Shown: positions 8,631 through 18,601, counted from the stretch's first letter. The stretch is 64,000 nt of DNA from an uncultured Candidatus Saccharibacteria bacterium (GCA_965231105.1 OZ246417.1:229013-293012); one strand, 5' to 3'. Notes: a model not told the origin generated them from the sequence alone. Numbers and translations are program-made.

Positions 8631-10926
8631 ACTGCGTATAGCGTTCTGCAGCAAGACGGGTCAGCTCAGGATCTTCCCCCTGGTTCACGAATTTCATGCT
8701 TTCGGCTAATACGGGATGTACTTCGGCTACTCTTTCATGCATTGCGCGTACGAGTTTACGGTAGCCTGGATGGCCTTGGGGACTGGTGCGAAGCTCATGA
8801 AGATGGAAAGCTTCTCGTGCATTGTAGGTGATCTTCCAGCGCATGCGGTGTCCGAGTAGTGTGGCGTACTGGGCCTCAAGTTCAAATCCGGCTTCCTGGA
8901 GTTCACTATAAAGTGCGGCGCTTAAATCAAAACACTTTTCAAAGGTATCGCTTAAGCCTGCTGCTTCAACGAGTTCAGACATATCAAAACCATAACGAGG
9001 CGTGAGCTGTTGCCAATCAAAGGCGTCCACCATGCGATGTCTCTGAAGATCACGGAATATACCGTAATCGCAGAGAATATCCCAGCTATAGTGAGCTACT
9101 TCTAATGCTCTGCCTGGTTTATGGCGGCGATTTAAGCGCTCGCCCATATAAATGCGGAAGGCTTCGAGCTTTTGCTCATATGGCCACTTGCGTACTGCTT
9201 TTTCTATATCCTTCAGGCTCATATTACTAAATTCGTAGAGCATGTGCGGAAGAAGGTCGAGCTCGTTGCGCGGCCAGTAGTCGACGAGCTGAATATCCTC
9301 GTCAAGAGAACCTTGATTTTGGGGGAGTAAGGTTTCAGCCACATACTTTACGGCCTTTCGAGTACTTGCTCGGTATGCGACCATTGCACCGCCACGATCT
9401 GGTTTATCTGCTCGTTCGAGAAAGGTAGGAACGATCTTGCGTGCTTCTTGTAAAATATGATCGCCGACTGTTCGTGCTTCCTGAAGCTCATCGCTCTGAA
9501 GGTGCATAATCAAACTTTCGAGCGCCTGACCCGAGGCATAAATACCGACAGTCGCCTTCGTTGCAACCGGCAATACAGCACGAACGGCATCACATGCCTG
9601 GGCACGGGTCGCTCCGTTAAATGCAATGTCTCGTTCGGCTTCAGGTACTGAAGAGTGTTCTCGAACATGATCGGTCAGTTTGTGAACCATATCTGAGTAC
9701 AGATCAAAAATCTGATCCATAACGCTTTCATAACGCTTCTTAAGCTTGGTCGGAAGCCCTGTTGGAGTAAAGTAACGGTATTTCCCGTTTGCATCTTTCT
9801 GATCGAAGTAGATATACCGGGTGGACTGTTCAAGATAGGCTGCTAATCGCCCCCACTCAAGCTTCTTGGTAAGTAGATTACTCGCATTTTCGACAACGAG
9901 ATGTAGCCCTACCAGTTGCTGAACGGAGTCGTCTCCATAAGCAGTAATAACGCGTTGTAATAGCTTCTCGTCTTTCCCTACGGCACCGGCAAACTCATCG
10001 AGAATGGTGACGCGCATGTCATCACCCCGGCGAGAAAGTCGTGCCATAGCGGCAGCTACGGTTGTTGGGCTTAATTTGTCGCTGAACGCGTACACATCTC
10101 CTTCGGTATCGGTAACGGCAGCTTCCAGGAAAGCCTTACCCTCCGCAGTTACTTCATAAGCACCGCTTGGAAGCTTTTTAACGAACTGAGCGTCTTTCCC
10201 ATCGTCGATCTGTTCCATCTTTGCTTCGAGGACTTCTTTAATGGGAGTAGCATCAGCATTTACACTTGCCTGCGAAGATTCAACAGGACGGGTCATGGGA
10301 CGCATAGGTCCGCTGATGGCCTGCCATATCGCTTCATGTACCTTTTCAGGCGGTGCGTCAGCAGTAATGACGGGAAGCTGACGCTGCTTTGCTTCCCATA
10401 AGTATCCGGCACGAACTCGTTCAAGGAATGCCAAATCTAAGTTATCAAAACGCTCACCTGCACCTCGGCCTTTGGCTCGTTCTTTTAAGACGGAGGCGGG
10501 CGCATCAAGAACAAGTGTCACATCTGGCTGCATGTCGCCTACTGCAAAACTGATAATTGAATTGATAGTGTTGTAGTCTGGCACATCCCCACGGCCGTAA
10601 TACTGGATAGCGAGCGTTGTTAGATAGTTACGATCACAAATACAAATTACGCCGCTATCACGCGCTCTCCGAATAACTTCAAGAGATTGACTGCGTGCCG
10701 CGTTATATAAGAGCACTTCTGTACGGGTATTCATGGGGTAGCGAGGATCCTGCGTAAGCATACGGATAGCTCGTGCCGTTAGGTCACTCTGCGAATCAGG
10801 TTCTCTGAAAAGGCGGACGGGGTAGCCGGCGGCTTCTAATTTATGGGCGAGCATTTCTATTTGTGTGGTCTTACCTACACCTTCAGGACCCTCAATAACA
10901 ATATAGCGCCCTTTTTGCTCATTCAT
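8608..10926 (-). CDS. tmk: Fusion protein: N-terminal thymidylate kinase (Tmk) with a C-terminal tandem ThyX-like (flavin-dependent thymidylate synthase) region
   Basis: Residues 1-210 show the Tmk P-loop IVIEGPEGVGKTTQ and the DRN/lid region. The C-terminal ~560 aa contains two ThyX-like halves: a degenerate first half (...EWGR...EQSTRY) and a second half with an RHR motif and the C-terminal NAREAFHLHELRT motif. Confidence 0.75.
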   Translation of the reverse strand: MNEQKGRYIVIEGPEGVGKTTQIEMLAHKLEAAGYPVRLFREPDSQSDLTARAIRMLTQDPRYPMNTRTEVLLYNAARSQSLEVIRRARDSGVICICDRNYLTTLAIQYYGRGDVPDYNTINSIISFAVGDMQPDVTLVLDAPASVLKERAKGRGAGERFDNLDLAFLERVRAGYLWEAKQRQLPVITADAPPEKVHEAIWQAISGPMRPMTRPVESSQASVNADATPIKEVLEAKMEQIDDGKDAQFVKKLPSGAYEVTAEGKAFLEAAVTDTEGDVYAFSDKLSPTTVAAAMARLSRRGDDMRVTILDEFAGAVGKDEKLLQRVITAYGDDSVQQLVGLHLVVENASNLLTKKLEWGRLAAYLEQSTRYIYFDQKDANGKYRYFTPTGLPTKLKKRYESVMDQIFDLYSDMVHKLTDHVREHSSVPEAERDIAFNGATRAQACDAVRAVLPVATKATVGIYASGQALESLIMHLQSDELQEARTVGDHILQEARKIVPTFLERADKPDRGGAMVAYRASTRKAVKYVAETLLPQNQGSLDEDIQLVDYWPRNELDLLPHMLYEFSNMSLKDIEKAVRKWPYEQKLEAFRIYMGERLNRRHKPGRALEVAHYSWDILCDYGIFRDLQRHRMVDAFDWQQLTPRYGFDMSELVEAAGLSDTFEKCFDLSAALYSELQEAGFELEAQYATLLGHRMRWKITYNAREAFHLHELRTSPQGHPGYRKLVRAMHERVAEVHPVLAESMKFVNQGEDPELTRLAAERYTQFKLEQLK

Positions 10927-11632
10927 AACTTAAACCCTCAATCTTAGTAGGTAGTTCACGTTTATCCTTCCAAGCCTTTGGAAGCATCTGACTTGGTGAC
11001 CATGTGGCAATAATGGTTTTAAGATCAGTACCGGCCTGGTATTTGCCACTAAAGCCTTGGTCGCGCCCCGTTCCATAGTTGCCTTCTACTTCCCCGGTTG
11101 TATGGAATACAGCTTGTGCAATACGTTCACCAACCGGTAGGAGCACGGTTTCACGCTCATTGAGGTTATAGATTTCAAGCGTGAGACGGTTGATGTAGCC
11201 AGGATCTACCCAGCCAGCATCAAAACAGACTGCAACGCCATTACGACCCCAGCTCGAACGACTTTTAAGCTCATACGCACCGGGCGGTTTAATGCCAAAA
11301 AATTCGTGCGTGTGAGCGAGAATGCGCTCACCTGGTTTAAGGGCGATGACCGGGTGATCATCAGGGATGTTCTTAAGAGGTTTAATACCATTGAGCTCAC
11401 ACCATGCCTTATGTGGCATAGCCTGGTAGGGACCGTCAAAATAGCGCTCAACATCCTCGCGTTCAAATGGATTATAAATATTTCGTTCGTTCGTCCGCTC
11501 TACTCTAAAAAAGTAATAACCGAGTGTGACATCAAGGCTTGCGTGTGAGACGTGTTTTGGCTGGAACGGCGTGCAGACAATGTGGCCATCATCAATAGCC
11601 TGGCGAATTTGGATGTTGCTGTAAACCCCCAT
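10919..11632 (-). CDS. dcd: dCTP deaminase (dUTPase-superfamily), possibly a bifunctional dCTP deaminase/dUTPase
   Basis: The 237 aa align with E. coli Dcd across the N-terminus and the ...GWVDPGYINRLTLEIYN...GERIAQAVF... region. There is an 8-nt overlap with tmk-thyX. Confidence 0.75.
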   Translation of the reverse strand: MGVYSNIQIRQAIDDGHIVCTPFQPKHVSHASLDVTLGYYFFRVERTNERNIYNPFEREDVERYFDGPYQAMPHKAWCELNGIKPLKNIPDDHPVIALKPGERILAHTHEFFGIKPPGAYELKSRSSWGRNGVAVCFDAGWVDPGYINRLTLEIYNLNERETVLLPVGERIAQAVFHTTGEVEGNYGTGRDQGFSGKYQAGTDLKTIIATWSPSQMLPKAWKDKRELPTKIEGLSYE

Positions 11633-11779
11633 GAATAACCCCTTTTAAGCTCTATATAGTGTACGATTTGTCAAATAGCTTTCGCAAGAAAACTGAGAAG
11701 TAGTTTTTACAGCACGTTTAGCCACTGTTATCAAAAAAGAGCCCCGTAGTGAGGCTCTTTTAAATTCGCTTGTTTTTAT

Positions 11780-12739
11780 TTAGAGTTCGCTGACCGCAAC
11801 TTTGATACCAGGTCCCATGGTAGTGGTAATGGTAATGCGCTTTACGTAAAGACCCTTCAAACTCGCGGGCTTATTTGCCTTAATCGAAGCGAAAATTGCT
11901 TGGACGTTTTGTAAAAGCTTATCCTCACCGAAAGAAACCTTACCGGCGCCTAAGTGGACAATCCCGGTACTATCGACACGATATTCAACACGGCCTGCTT
12001 TTGCTTGTGTTACGGCTTTCGCAACATCTGGTGTTACAGTACCGCTCTTTGGGTTTGGCATTAAGCCCTTTGGTCCGAGTACGCGAGCATACTTACCAAG
12101 TTTAGCCATCATGGCTGGAGTGGCAATCAACGTATCAAAGTTAATAACACCCTTTTCGATACTTTGAAGTAATTCGTCTGAACCTGCGATATCAGCACCA
12201 GCTTTCTTTGCGGCTGCTGCATCATCGGCCTCTGCTAAGACGGCAATACGTACTGTCTTACCAGTGCCTGCGGGCAATACTAATGTGTCGCGTACGTTCT
12301 GATCAGCCTGACGTGGATCAACACCTAGATTGATGTGAAGTTCAACAGTAGCATCAAATTTAACCGGACTTGTCTTAACGGCAAGTTCTAATGCTTCCTT
12401 AACGGTATATTCCTTATCTTTTTCAACAAGCTTTGCAACTTCGCGGAATTTCTTGCCGGCACGTTCAAGCTTAGTGCGGGCAGGTTTCTTGGCAGGCTTT
12501 TTAGGAGCTTCGGCATCTTCTTCTGTCTTTGCCGTTTTGCGTGCTTCTTTAGCTGCTTCGGCCTCTTTTTCGGCAACAGCTTTCGCACTCCGCTTACCGG
12601 CTTTTGCCACCGTAGCTTTCTTGGCTACTGCTTTTTCTTCAGTACTTGCTTGGTCCGTAGTCTGATCAACTTCCTGACTAGCCCCATCCTTAATGTCCTT
12701 TTCTGCTACTTTCTTGGTAGTTTTTTTGGCTTCTGCCAT
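11780..12739 (-). CDS. rplA: 50S ribosomal protein L1 with an N-terminal Lys/Ala/Glu-rich extension of about 90 aa
   Basis: The C-terminal 230 aa match the L1 family. The N-terminus is a low-complexity KAE-rich extension. Confidence 0.9.
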   Translation of the reverse strand: MAEAKKTTKKVAEKDIKDGASQEVDQTTDQASTEEKAVAKKATVAKAGKRSAKAVAEKEAEAAKEARKTAKTEEDAEAPKKPAKKPARTKLERAGKKFREVAKLVEKDKEYTVKEALELAVKTSPVKFDATVELHINLGVDPRQADQNVRDTLVLPAGTGKTVRIAVLAEADDAAAAKKAGADIAGSDELLQSIEKGVINFDTLIATPAMMAKLGKYARVLGPKGLMPNPKSGTVTPDVAKAVTQAKAGRVEYRVDSTGIVHLGAGKVSFGEDKLLQNVQAIFASIKANKPASLKGLYVKRITITTTMGPGIKVAVSEL

Positions 12740-12797
12740 ACTATATCTCCTTACGTGGTGCTAACGAGCTCTGCTCTCCCACATCTATTAGTTTACC

Positions 12798-13250
12798 TTA
12801 TGCTTTATCAAAAGCGACTTTTTCTGTCTTCCGATCCATTGCTATTTTCTGCTGTGCTGGCTTCACTATATCGGTTTGAAAAACCTTATTTTCCGCCTCT
12901 AAGATCTCAATCTCAAAGTCCATAACAGTCTGCAAACGAGGTTTCTTAACCGGTGGAATAACCACAGGGTCAAGGTAGCCTGGTACGGCCTCAATTTGGC
13001 GGGCCGAGGCAATAACCTCATTCCGCGCCACAACTCCAAGCACAAACTGCGCATCTGCATCACCGGTATTTGCTGCTGTCCAAACAGCGTCTGTTACCTT
13101 GTCTCCGATAGGGAAAAACGGGCTAAGAGATGCGAATGCGTGCCTTTGTTGCTCAGGATAAAAATCCTCTAAGGCAACAGATTCAAGCTGTTTATAGTAA
13201 TCATTACGATCGTAATATGTCGAATGAAAACCTGCTTCAAACGAGCTCAT
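12798..13250 (-). CDS. Hypothetical protein inserted between rplK and rplA
   Basis: The ORF is trimmed to an internal ATG (MSSFEAGF...) that has a strong AAGGA RBS 7 nt upstream. About 151 aa. Confidence 0.5.
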   Translation of the reverse strand: MSSFEAGFHSTYYDRNDYYKQLESVALEDFYPEQQRHAFASLSPFFPIGDKVTDAVWTAANTGDADAQFVLGVVARNEVIASARQIEAVPGYLDPVVIPPVKKPRLQTVMDFEIEILEAENKVFQTDIVKPAQQKIAMDRKTEKVAFDKA

Positions 13251-13375
13251 GTATATCCTTTCGTGGTGCATACGGCCACATAGGCCTCCCACAAATTAGG
13301 TTTATATTAAAGAGTATTATAACAGCTAACAGAGGTGAAAGCAACGCTTCAATTAGAGCAAAGATAAGACGGCAA

Positions 13376-13588
13376 TTATCTACTGTCGGTACTGTGTGCG
13401 TGAAATTCTAGTGTTACCACCGCAGCTATCGGACAAGGTATCCCCTGTAAGGCAGCTTTTGTGTATTGCTGGTTGGCTTCCTCAATAGACAAGGGAGCGG
13501 GAACCGCTACAGGTCCGCCCATAAATTCCTCAGCTTCGGCGTATGCCGCGAGCAGCTCCCTTCCCTCGGGAGTATGGAATGCTCTCAA
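13376..13588 (-). CDS. Possible small protein (70 aa) abutting the rplK stop
   Basis: A TTG start sits immediately after the rplK TAG. It occupies an otherwise 338-nt spacer and has no clear RBS. Confidence 0.2.
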   Translation of the reverse strand: MRAFHTPEGRELLAAYAEAEEFMGGPVAVPAPLSIEEANQQYTKAALQGIPCPIAAVVTLEFHAHSTDSR

Positions 13589-14023
13589 CTAGCCCTCGAC
13601 TTCAACACCCATAGAGCGGGCCGTACCTGCAACCATCTTTTTCACTGACTCAATATCATCAGCATTCATGTCAATCATCTTAGTTTCAGCAATTTCAGTG
13701 AGCTGAGCTTGAGAAAGTTTCTTTGAAACCTTTTCCTTATTAGGAACGCCAGAACCTTTTTCGATTTTAAGCGCTGCACGAATAAGGTCGTCAGTCGGTG
13801 TGCCAACTGCACGCCAGCTCATAGTGCGATCATCGTAGATAGTAATGTGAACGGTAAGGGTTTGACCCATTTTATCTTTAGTTGCTTCATTGAATGGATT
13901 GATGAAATCCATCATGTTAACACCGTACTGACCAAGGGTACTACCAACGGGTGGCGCTGCTGAGGCTTGGCCACCACGAATTTTCATCTTTAAATTAGCT
14001 TTCACTTGTTTGGCATCTGCCAT
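13589..14023 (-). CDS. rplK: 50S ribosomal protein L11
   Basis: A 144-aa L11 family match. Confidence 0.95.
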   Translation of the reverse strand: MADAKQVKANLKMKIRGGQASAAPPVGSTLGQYGVNMMDFINPFNEATKDKMGQTLTVHITIYDDRTMSWRAVGTPTDDLIRAALKIEKGSGVPNKEKVSKKLSQAQLTEIAETKMIDMNADDIESVKKMVAGTARSMGVEVEG

Positions 14024-14101
14024 AATACTTAATCCTTATCTGTAAAAAGTTAGAAGCTCTCTTTACAAAATGTGCGTAACTTACTAACAGTTTACTACAA
14101 T

Positions 14102-14599
14102 TTACCCCTGTTGTCTATCCTGCCTAGGTATATAGCCTGGATTAATGATGTTTGAAGGATCTACATGGTTGATCCCGAGGATAACTCTACTTGACGTTCC
14201 GTCAGAATTTTGGATAACGGGACTAGTTAAAAGCACCTCATGATATCCCTGATGGCGAACGGCTTCCTCGGTAGCTTCGGCTTTCGGTATAAACAGAGTG
14301 TCCTGGAGTGCCTTACGAGCCATTACCGTATAACGAAGAGGCTGGTCGCACACAAATTCTGTGAAGCCGTTTTCACCCTTTTCTTCTATAAGATTTGCAT
14401 CAAAAGAGGCGAGGATTTCCGCTTCAGGATCATCAAATTGCTTCCACAACATATCAAGGGACCGCTGAATAGCAGCAAGACCTGCTATGACCGTGCCTGC
14501 TTCGGCGTTACGGCTAAATTTACCAAATTGCTCAATGCTCGTGATGATGCGGCCTTGTTCACGCATTCGTACGGTCGCAAAAGGATCTGTTTCGGCCAT
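14102..14599 (-). CDS. Hypothetical protein inserted between nusG and rplK
   Basis: A 165-aa ORF 4 nt downstream of the nusG stop, with a GAAGAAGG RBS. Confidence 0.55.
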   Translation of the reverse strand: MAETDPFATVRMREQGRIITSIEQFGKFSRNAEAGTVIAGLAAIQRSLDMLWKQFDDPEAEILASFDANLIEEKGENGFTEFVCDQPLRYTVMARKALQDTLFIPKAEATEEAVRHQGYHEVLLTSPVIQNSDGTSSRVILGINHVDPSNIINPGYIPRQDRQQG

Positions 14600-14602
14600 A
14601 GT

Positions 14603-15142
14603 CTAGGCCTTCTTCACTTGCAGCCCGTCCAACTCCACCGGCGTCTCACGGCCGAACATATTAACTAATACTTTAAGCTTGCCCTTAGCGGGATCGATTT
14701 CGTTGATAGCACCGTCAAAGCCTTTAAACGGACCATCCACGATGTTTACGACATCGCCAATCTTGTAATCCATCTTGTGCTTCGGTTCTTCACGACCCAT
14801 ACGCTTCATGATCTTTTCGATCTCTTCAGTTTCAACAGGGGTTGGCTCGGTTCCGGTACCAACAAATCCAGTAACAGATGGAGTGTTCCGAACAATGTAC
14901 CAGGCATCTTCAGACAGTTTCATCTGTACAAGAACATAACCTTGGAAAATGCGCTTCTCAACAACTTTGCGCTTGCCGTTCTTAATCTCGATCATCTTTT
15001 CTTTGGGAACTAAGACCTGATAGATCTTATCTTTCATGTCTAAAGAATCAGCGCGCTGGCGGATGCTTTCTGCTACCTTTTCTTCATATCCACTATAGGT
15101 ATGGATGGCGTACCACTGTTTGGTTGTATCGTATCTCTTCAT
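14603..15142 (-). CDS. nusG: Transcription termination/antitermination factor NusG
   Basis: The 179 aa contain an NGN domain (WYAIHTYSGYEEKV) and a KOW domain (GDVVNIVDGPFKGF). Confidence 0.9.
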   Translation of the reverse strand: MKRYDTTKQWYAIHTYSGYEEKVAESIRQRADSLDMKDKIYQVLVPKEKMIEIKNGKRKVVEKRIFQGYVLVQMKLSEDAWYIVRNTPSVTGFVGTGTEPTPVETEEIEKIMKRMGREEPKHKMDYKIGDVVNIVDGPFKGFDGAINEIDPAKGKLKVLVNMFGRETPVELDGLQVKKA

Positions 15143-15537
15143 TACCGTAACACTATCCTTCTAATTACTTTATCTAATCCAAAGTCCACCACCCCTATAA
15201 ATAAACTAAAAACTACAGCAAAAACCAAAACGGCAAATGTTAATTTCCACGTTTCTTTGCGTCCCGGCCATGTTACTTGCCGGAGCTCCTTAAATGAATT
15301 ACGGAAGTATCGAGGAAACAGAATGAGTCCGATCCATCGAAGTACAAACCGAACGGGTCTGACATTCAATGGTTTCGCAATGACTCCTAAGGGTTTTGTA
15401 ATCCCTCCAAGGGTTCTTCGTACAGGACGACGACCACTTTTTTGTGCTGCACTTTCAGCCTTTAAAGCTGCTTTTTCATTGCGTTCCCGAACCGTTTCTA
15501 CTTTTCGTACCCGAGGCTTTTTGGCGTCCGCTGACAT
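15142..15537 (-). CDS. secE: Preprotein translocase subunit SecE with a long basic N-terminal extension
   Basis: The C-terminal TM segment matches the SecE signature (...WPGRKETWKLTFAVLVFAVVFSLFIGVVD...). The stop overlaps the nusG start. Confidence 0.8.
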   Translation of the reverse strand: MSADAKKPRVRKVETVRERNEKAALKAESAAQKSGRRPVRRTLGGITKPLGVIAKPLNVRPVRFVLRWIGLILFPRYFRNSFKELRQVTWPGRKETWKLTFAVLVFAVVFSLFIGVVDFGLDKVIRRIVLR

Positions 15538-15663
15538 GTCTACCCCTTATATATAAAAAACAGCCTACAATATTGGTAGGCCATTGCGTCAATAGTACAA
15601 CACGCCGCACGAATAATCAATAAGACTGTACAAATAAATCATAAGATTTTACAGTAACTATAA

Positions 15664-15927
15664 ATGAATAGTGAAACGGAAAAATTTGATGAGCCACACT
15701 CCAATCATAGAGTGAGTCGAGCTTTATTAAAGATTGGTGGTCTTACTTTTATGGTAGGTGTAGGCGCGTACTTTATAGGCTATCCTGATTCGGCAGAGCC
15801 TAGCTTCTTTGAAGAGGAGCCTGTTTTATCTAAAGTATTTGCTATTGGAGAGGGCGTGGGATTGGGATTATTTGTTACTGCGGGCGTAGTTGCATATGTA
15901 GAGCATAGATCTGCGCGGAATCGATAA
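15664..15927 (+). CDS. Hypothetical small membrane protein
   Basis: An 87-aa ORF with two hydrophobic segments. Confidence 0.35.
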   Translation: MNSETEKFDEPHSNHRVSRALLKIGGLTFMVGVGAYFIGYPDSAEPSFFEEEPVLSKVFAIGEGVGLGLFVTAGVVAYVEHRSARNR

Positions 15928-15932
15928 AACTT

Positions 15933-16643
15933 TTAACTGCTTTGTACCACAAATGTCTTATAGCTTTTTAGCTGTTTTCTGATCTGTTTAGCGCCAGGTA
16001 AGACTTCTTCAAATCTCTCCCAGAATGCTTCACCATGATTTAAGTGCTCAGTATGAGTAAGCTCGTGCAGTAAAACGTAGTCTATTAGCTGCCACGGTAA
16101 CTGCATAAGATAGTAGTTAAGGGTAATTTGTCTGTTTTGATCGCAACTTCCCCATTTTGTTTTTAACTGTTTTACCGTAACGGTTCGAAAGCGAAAGCCA
16201 TGCGTATCGGCAAGTGCATGCAGGCGTTGAGGTAGGAGTGTTTCTGCTTCTTTCTGGAGGGCCTTCTTGGCTCCCCGATCCGCTGCTGCCTGCACCTTAG
16301 AACTGGTTTCCGACATTGCTGCGGGATGTTTAATAACAATTTGCCCTGTTGTTAAGCGTACATGGGCGGTTTTAACGGATGTATCAGCAATAAAATTTAA
16401 ACGATGGGCCTTACCTATTCGTTCTCCCTGCTTAAAGTGTGCCTTCGGTTCGGGTCGATGCTTTTCAATCCAACTTTTACGTTGCAGGGCAAAATCAAGT
16501 GCTGCTTTATACGGCACCCAGTACGGCAGGCTAATGCGTAGGTTGCCATTATTATCAAAGCTCATACGGATAGAACGACTTCCATGTCGCTTGTACAGAT
16601 GAAGTGTGCCAATATCTTCTAATTCAACAACTTTTGCGGGCAT
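15933..16643 (-). CDS. YgjP-like (DUF45/WLM, M48-related) zinc metallopeptidase
   Basis: The 236 aa carry the C-terminal HELTHTEHLNHGEAFW motif (HExxH...H), typical of the YgjP/DUF45 family. Confidence 0.7.
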   Translation of the reverse strand: MPAKVVELEDIGTLHLYKRHGSRSIRMSFDNNGNLRISLPYWVPYKAALDFALQRKSWIEKHRPEPKAHFKQGERIGKAHRLNFIADTSVKTAHVRLTTGQIVIKHPAAMSETSSKVQAAADRGAKKALQKEAETLLPQRLHALADTHGFRFRTVTVKQLKTKWGSCDQNRQITLNYYLMQLPWQLIDYVLLHELTHTEHLNHGEAFWERFEEVLPGAKQIRKQLKSYKTFVVQSS

Positions 16644-16645
16644 GC

Positions 16646-17305
16646 TTAGCGCAGCACAATGTTGTGTCTGCCATTTTCCTTTTGTGGTTGGTGCGATGCA
16701 ACAAGGTTCACGAGTTCTGGTTTGACCATCTTACGAGTGGCGGCATCGTGCTTCACGATATGAAGATCAGCAAGTTTTTTAATCGTACTGCTGAGTTGTG
16801 AGGGGAAGCTGTGCTTGCCACTGATAACCAAGAAATCTTCGGTTGATTCAGGGTGCTGCATATGTGAAGCAAGTTCACGGAAAGAGTCGGCGTTATAACC
16901 AGCTGCAAAACGATCATCAAGCTTGCGGCGGTCCCTTTTGGCGTTACGAACAAAGGCGGTATCTGGATCTACCTGGAACCAAACGGTAATAACTTCTGCC
17001 TTATGTTTTCTTGCAAGTTCTCGCAAGTTTCGGCGCTGAGCAATTCGCATAGCATTCGTATCGTAAATGACACTGATACCTGCACTCAAAAACTCGCCTG
17101 CCATATATTCCATGATGCGTGAGAGTGCGTAATTCTCCTGTTTCGTAAAGCGGGGTTGCTCAAAAAGCTCACTGCGGATTCGGTCTTCTTCTAGATGAGC
17201 TGCTTGTACTTCTTGGCTAAATTGACGAGAAAAATATGTCTTGCCTGAACCCGGGAAGCCATAGAGCAATATCAATACGGGTTTTTGCGGCAGGATTTTT
17301 TCCAT
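16646..17305 (-). CDS. P-loop NTPase / AAA-domain kinase-like protein (zeta-toxin/PNK-like fold)
   Basis: The 219 aa begin with the Walker A LLYGFPGSGKTYF. It lies 2 nt upstream of the DUF45 peptidase gene. Confidence 0.65.
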   Translation of the reverse strand: MEKILPQKPVLILLYGFPGSGKTYFSRQFSQEVQAAHLEEDRIRSELFEQPRFTKQENYALSRIMEYMAGEFLSAGISVIYDTNAMRIAQRRNLRELARKHKAEVITVWFQVDPDTAFVRNAKRDRRKLDDRFAAGYNADSFRELASHMQHPESTEDFLVISGKHSFPSQLSSTIKKLADLHIVKHDAATRKMVKPELVNLVASHQPQKENGRHNIVLR

Positions 17306-17401
17306 ATGCCAGCTATTGTATAACGGATGGAAACATTTTCAAACGCACTACGAAAATACCAGAGTGTACGGTATAATCTGTATCCGATAGCCAATGTATA
17401 C

Positions 17402-17478
17402 AGGGGAGTAGCTCAGCTGGCTAGAGCATCGGTCTCCAAAACCGAGGGTCGCAGGTTCGAATCCTGTCTCCCCTGCCA
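17402..17478 (+). tRNA. tRNA-Trp (anticodon CCA)
   Basis: A 77-nt cloverleaf: 7-bp acceptor AGGGGAG/CTCCCCT, anticodon loop CUCCAAA, T-loop TTCGAAT and a 3' CCA. Closely resembles bacterial tRNA-Trp. Confidence 0.9.
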
Positions 17479-17527
17479 TATCGCTTATGCTTGCATTGCG
17501 AAAAACACTTACTAATAATAGTGGTTT

Positions 17528-17953
17528 ATGGCAACACCCAACACAGCCCCGAAGACAGAATTCTTGAGTCCTGAGCAATTTTTAGCTGATTTGGAAAGTA
17601 CTCAGGAATGTTTTCCTCTAGTAGGCGGAACAATGGCTACCCGGGGTGAGACTCTCGAGGTGGAAATTGCTGGGTACCATGCACCCGTAATAGATTTCTT
17701 TGACAGTACTAAATTAAGCGAGCATTTTGGGAAAAGTATTGAAGCCCCTAAAGTGCGACTGCCTTTAGAGATCTCTGCTGACTTTAAGTATGGATTTGAT
17801 CCTGGAGAAGAGTGGTTTCGCGAGGGACGTGGAGCCTTCATACATGTAGCCGGACGAAAAGTACCAGTTAGAGTTGTGCGACTGGATTTCGTTGGCTTTT
17901 CAGCCTCATGGGTCTACTGTGACGAACAAGAAACTGAGCAAGCCGCAAGCTGA
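17528..17953 (+). CDS. Hypothetical protein
   Basis: A 141-aa ORF with no recognised motif. Confidence 0.45.
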   Translation: MATPNTAPKTEFLSPEQFLADLESTQECFPLVGGTMATRGETLEVEIAGYHAPVIDFFDSTKLSEHFGKSIEAPKVRLPLEISADFKYGFDPGEEWFREGRGAFIHVAGRKVPVRVVRLDFVGFSASWVYCDEQETEQAAS

Positions 17954-18016
17954 ATGGTTACGAGGCACCTCCGCTAGAGACTGCCAAGCTTAAACACCAT
18001 AGACTATAATAATCTT

Positions 18017-18601
18017 ATGGTTAAGCGTAAGAGTAAAAAAACGCCTATCTATGTAAGACACTGGCGTCGGTGGCGTTATAAAAATACGACTCTCCTATTC
18101 CTGGGCTTATTACTATTTATCTATTTAGCTCAAACTCCTCAAGTAGATAGCCTTATAAGGCAAGCCGGTACATTGGGCTACGTCGGAGCATTTATTACTG
18201 GGATCTTCTTTGTCTCTACCTTTACTGCCGCTCCTGCCGGGCTAGTCCTCTTTAATCTTGCAGATCACTTACATCCGGTAGAAGTCGCTATTATGGCGGG
18301 GCTTGGGGCAATGGTTGGAGATTACCTGATCTTTAGATTACTGAAAGACCATATATTTGAAGAGCTACAGCCTATTCTCGGTAAACTCCAACATCCCTAT
18401 GTCCGCACATTGTTCAAGACTCCGTATTTTGCCTGGTTACTGCCAGTTATCGGCGCCTTCATTATTGCCTCTCCCTTGCCGGATGAGGCTGGCATAAGCT
18501 TACTTGGCCTCTCTAAAATTAAGAGGTGGCAGTTCTTCTTAGTGACCTATATATTGAACGCCCTCGGTATATTGGGGATTGTTTACATAGCGAAGCTATA
18601 A
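18017..18601 (+). CDS. Hypothetical integral membrane protein
   Basis: A 194-aa ORF with a basic N-terminus followed by about 5 hydrophobic helices. Confidence 0.55.
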   Translation: MVKRKSKKTPIYVRHWRRWRYKNTTLLFLGLLLFIYLAQTPQVDSLIRQAGTLGYVGAFITGIFFVSTFTAAPAGLVLFNLADHLHPVEVAIMAGLGAMVGDYLIFRLLKDHIFEELQPILGKLQHPYVRTLFKTPYFAWLLPVIGAFIIASPLPDEAGISLLGLSKIKRWQFFLVTYILNALGILGIVYIAKL

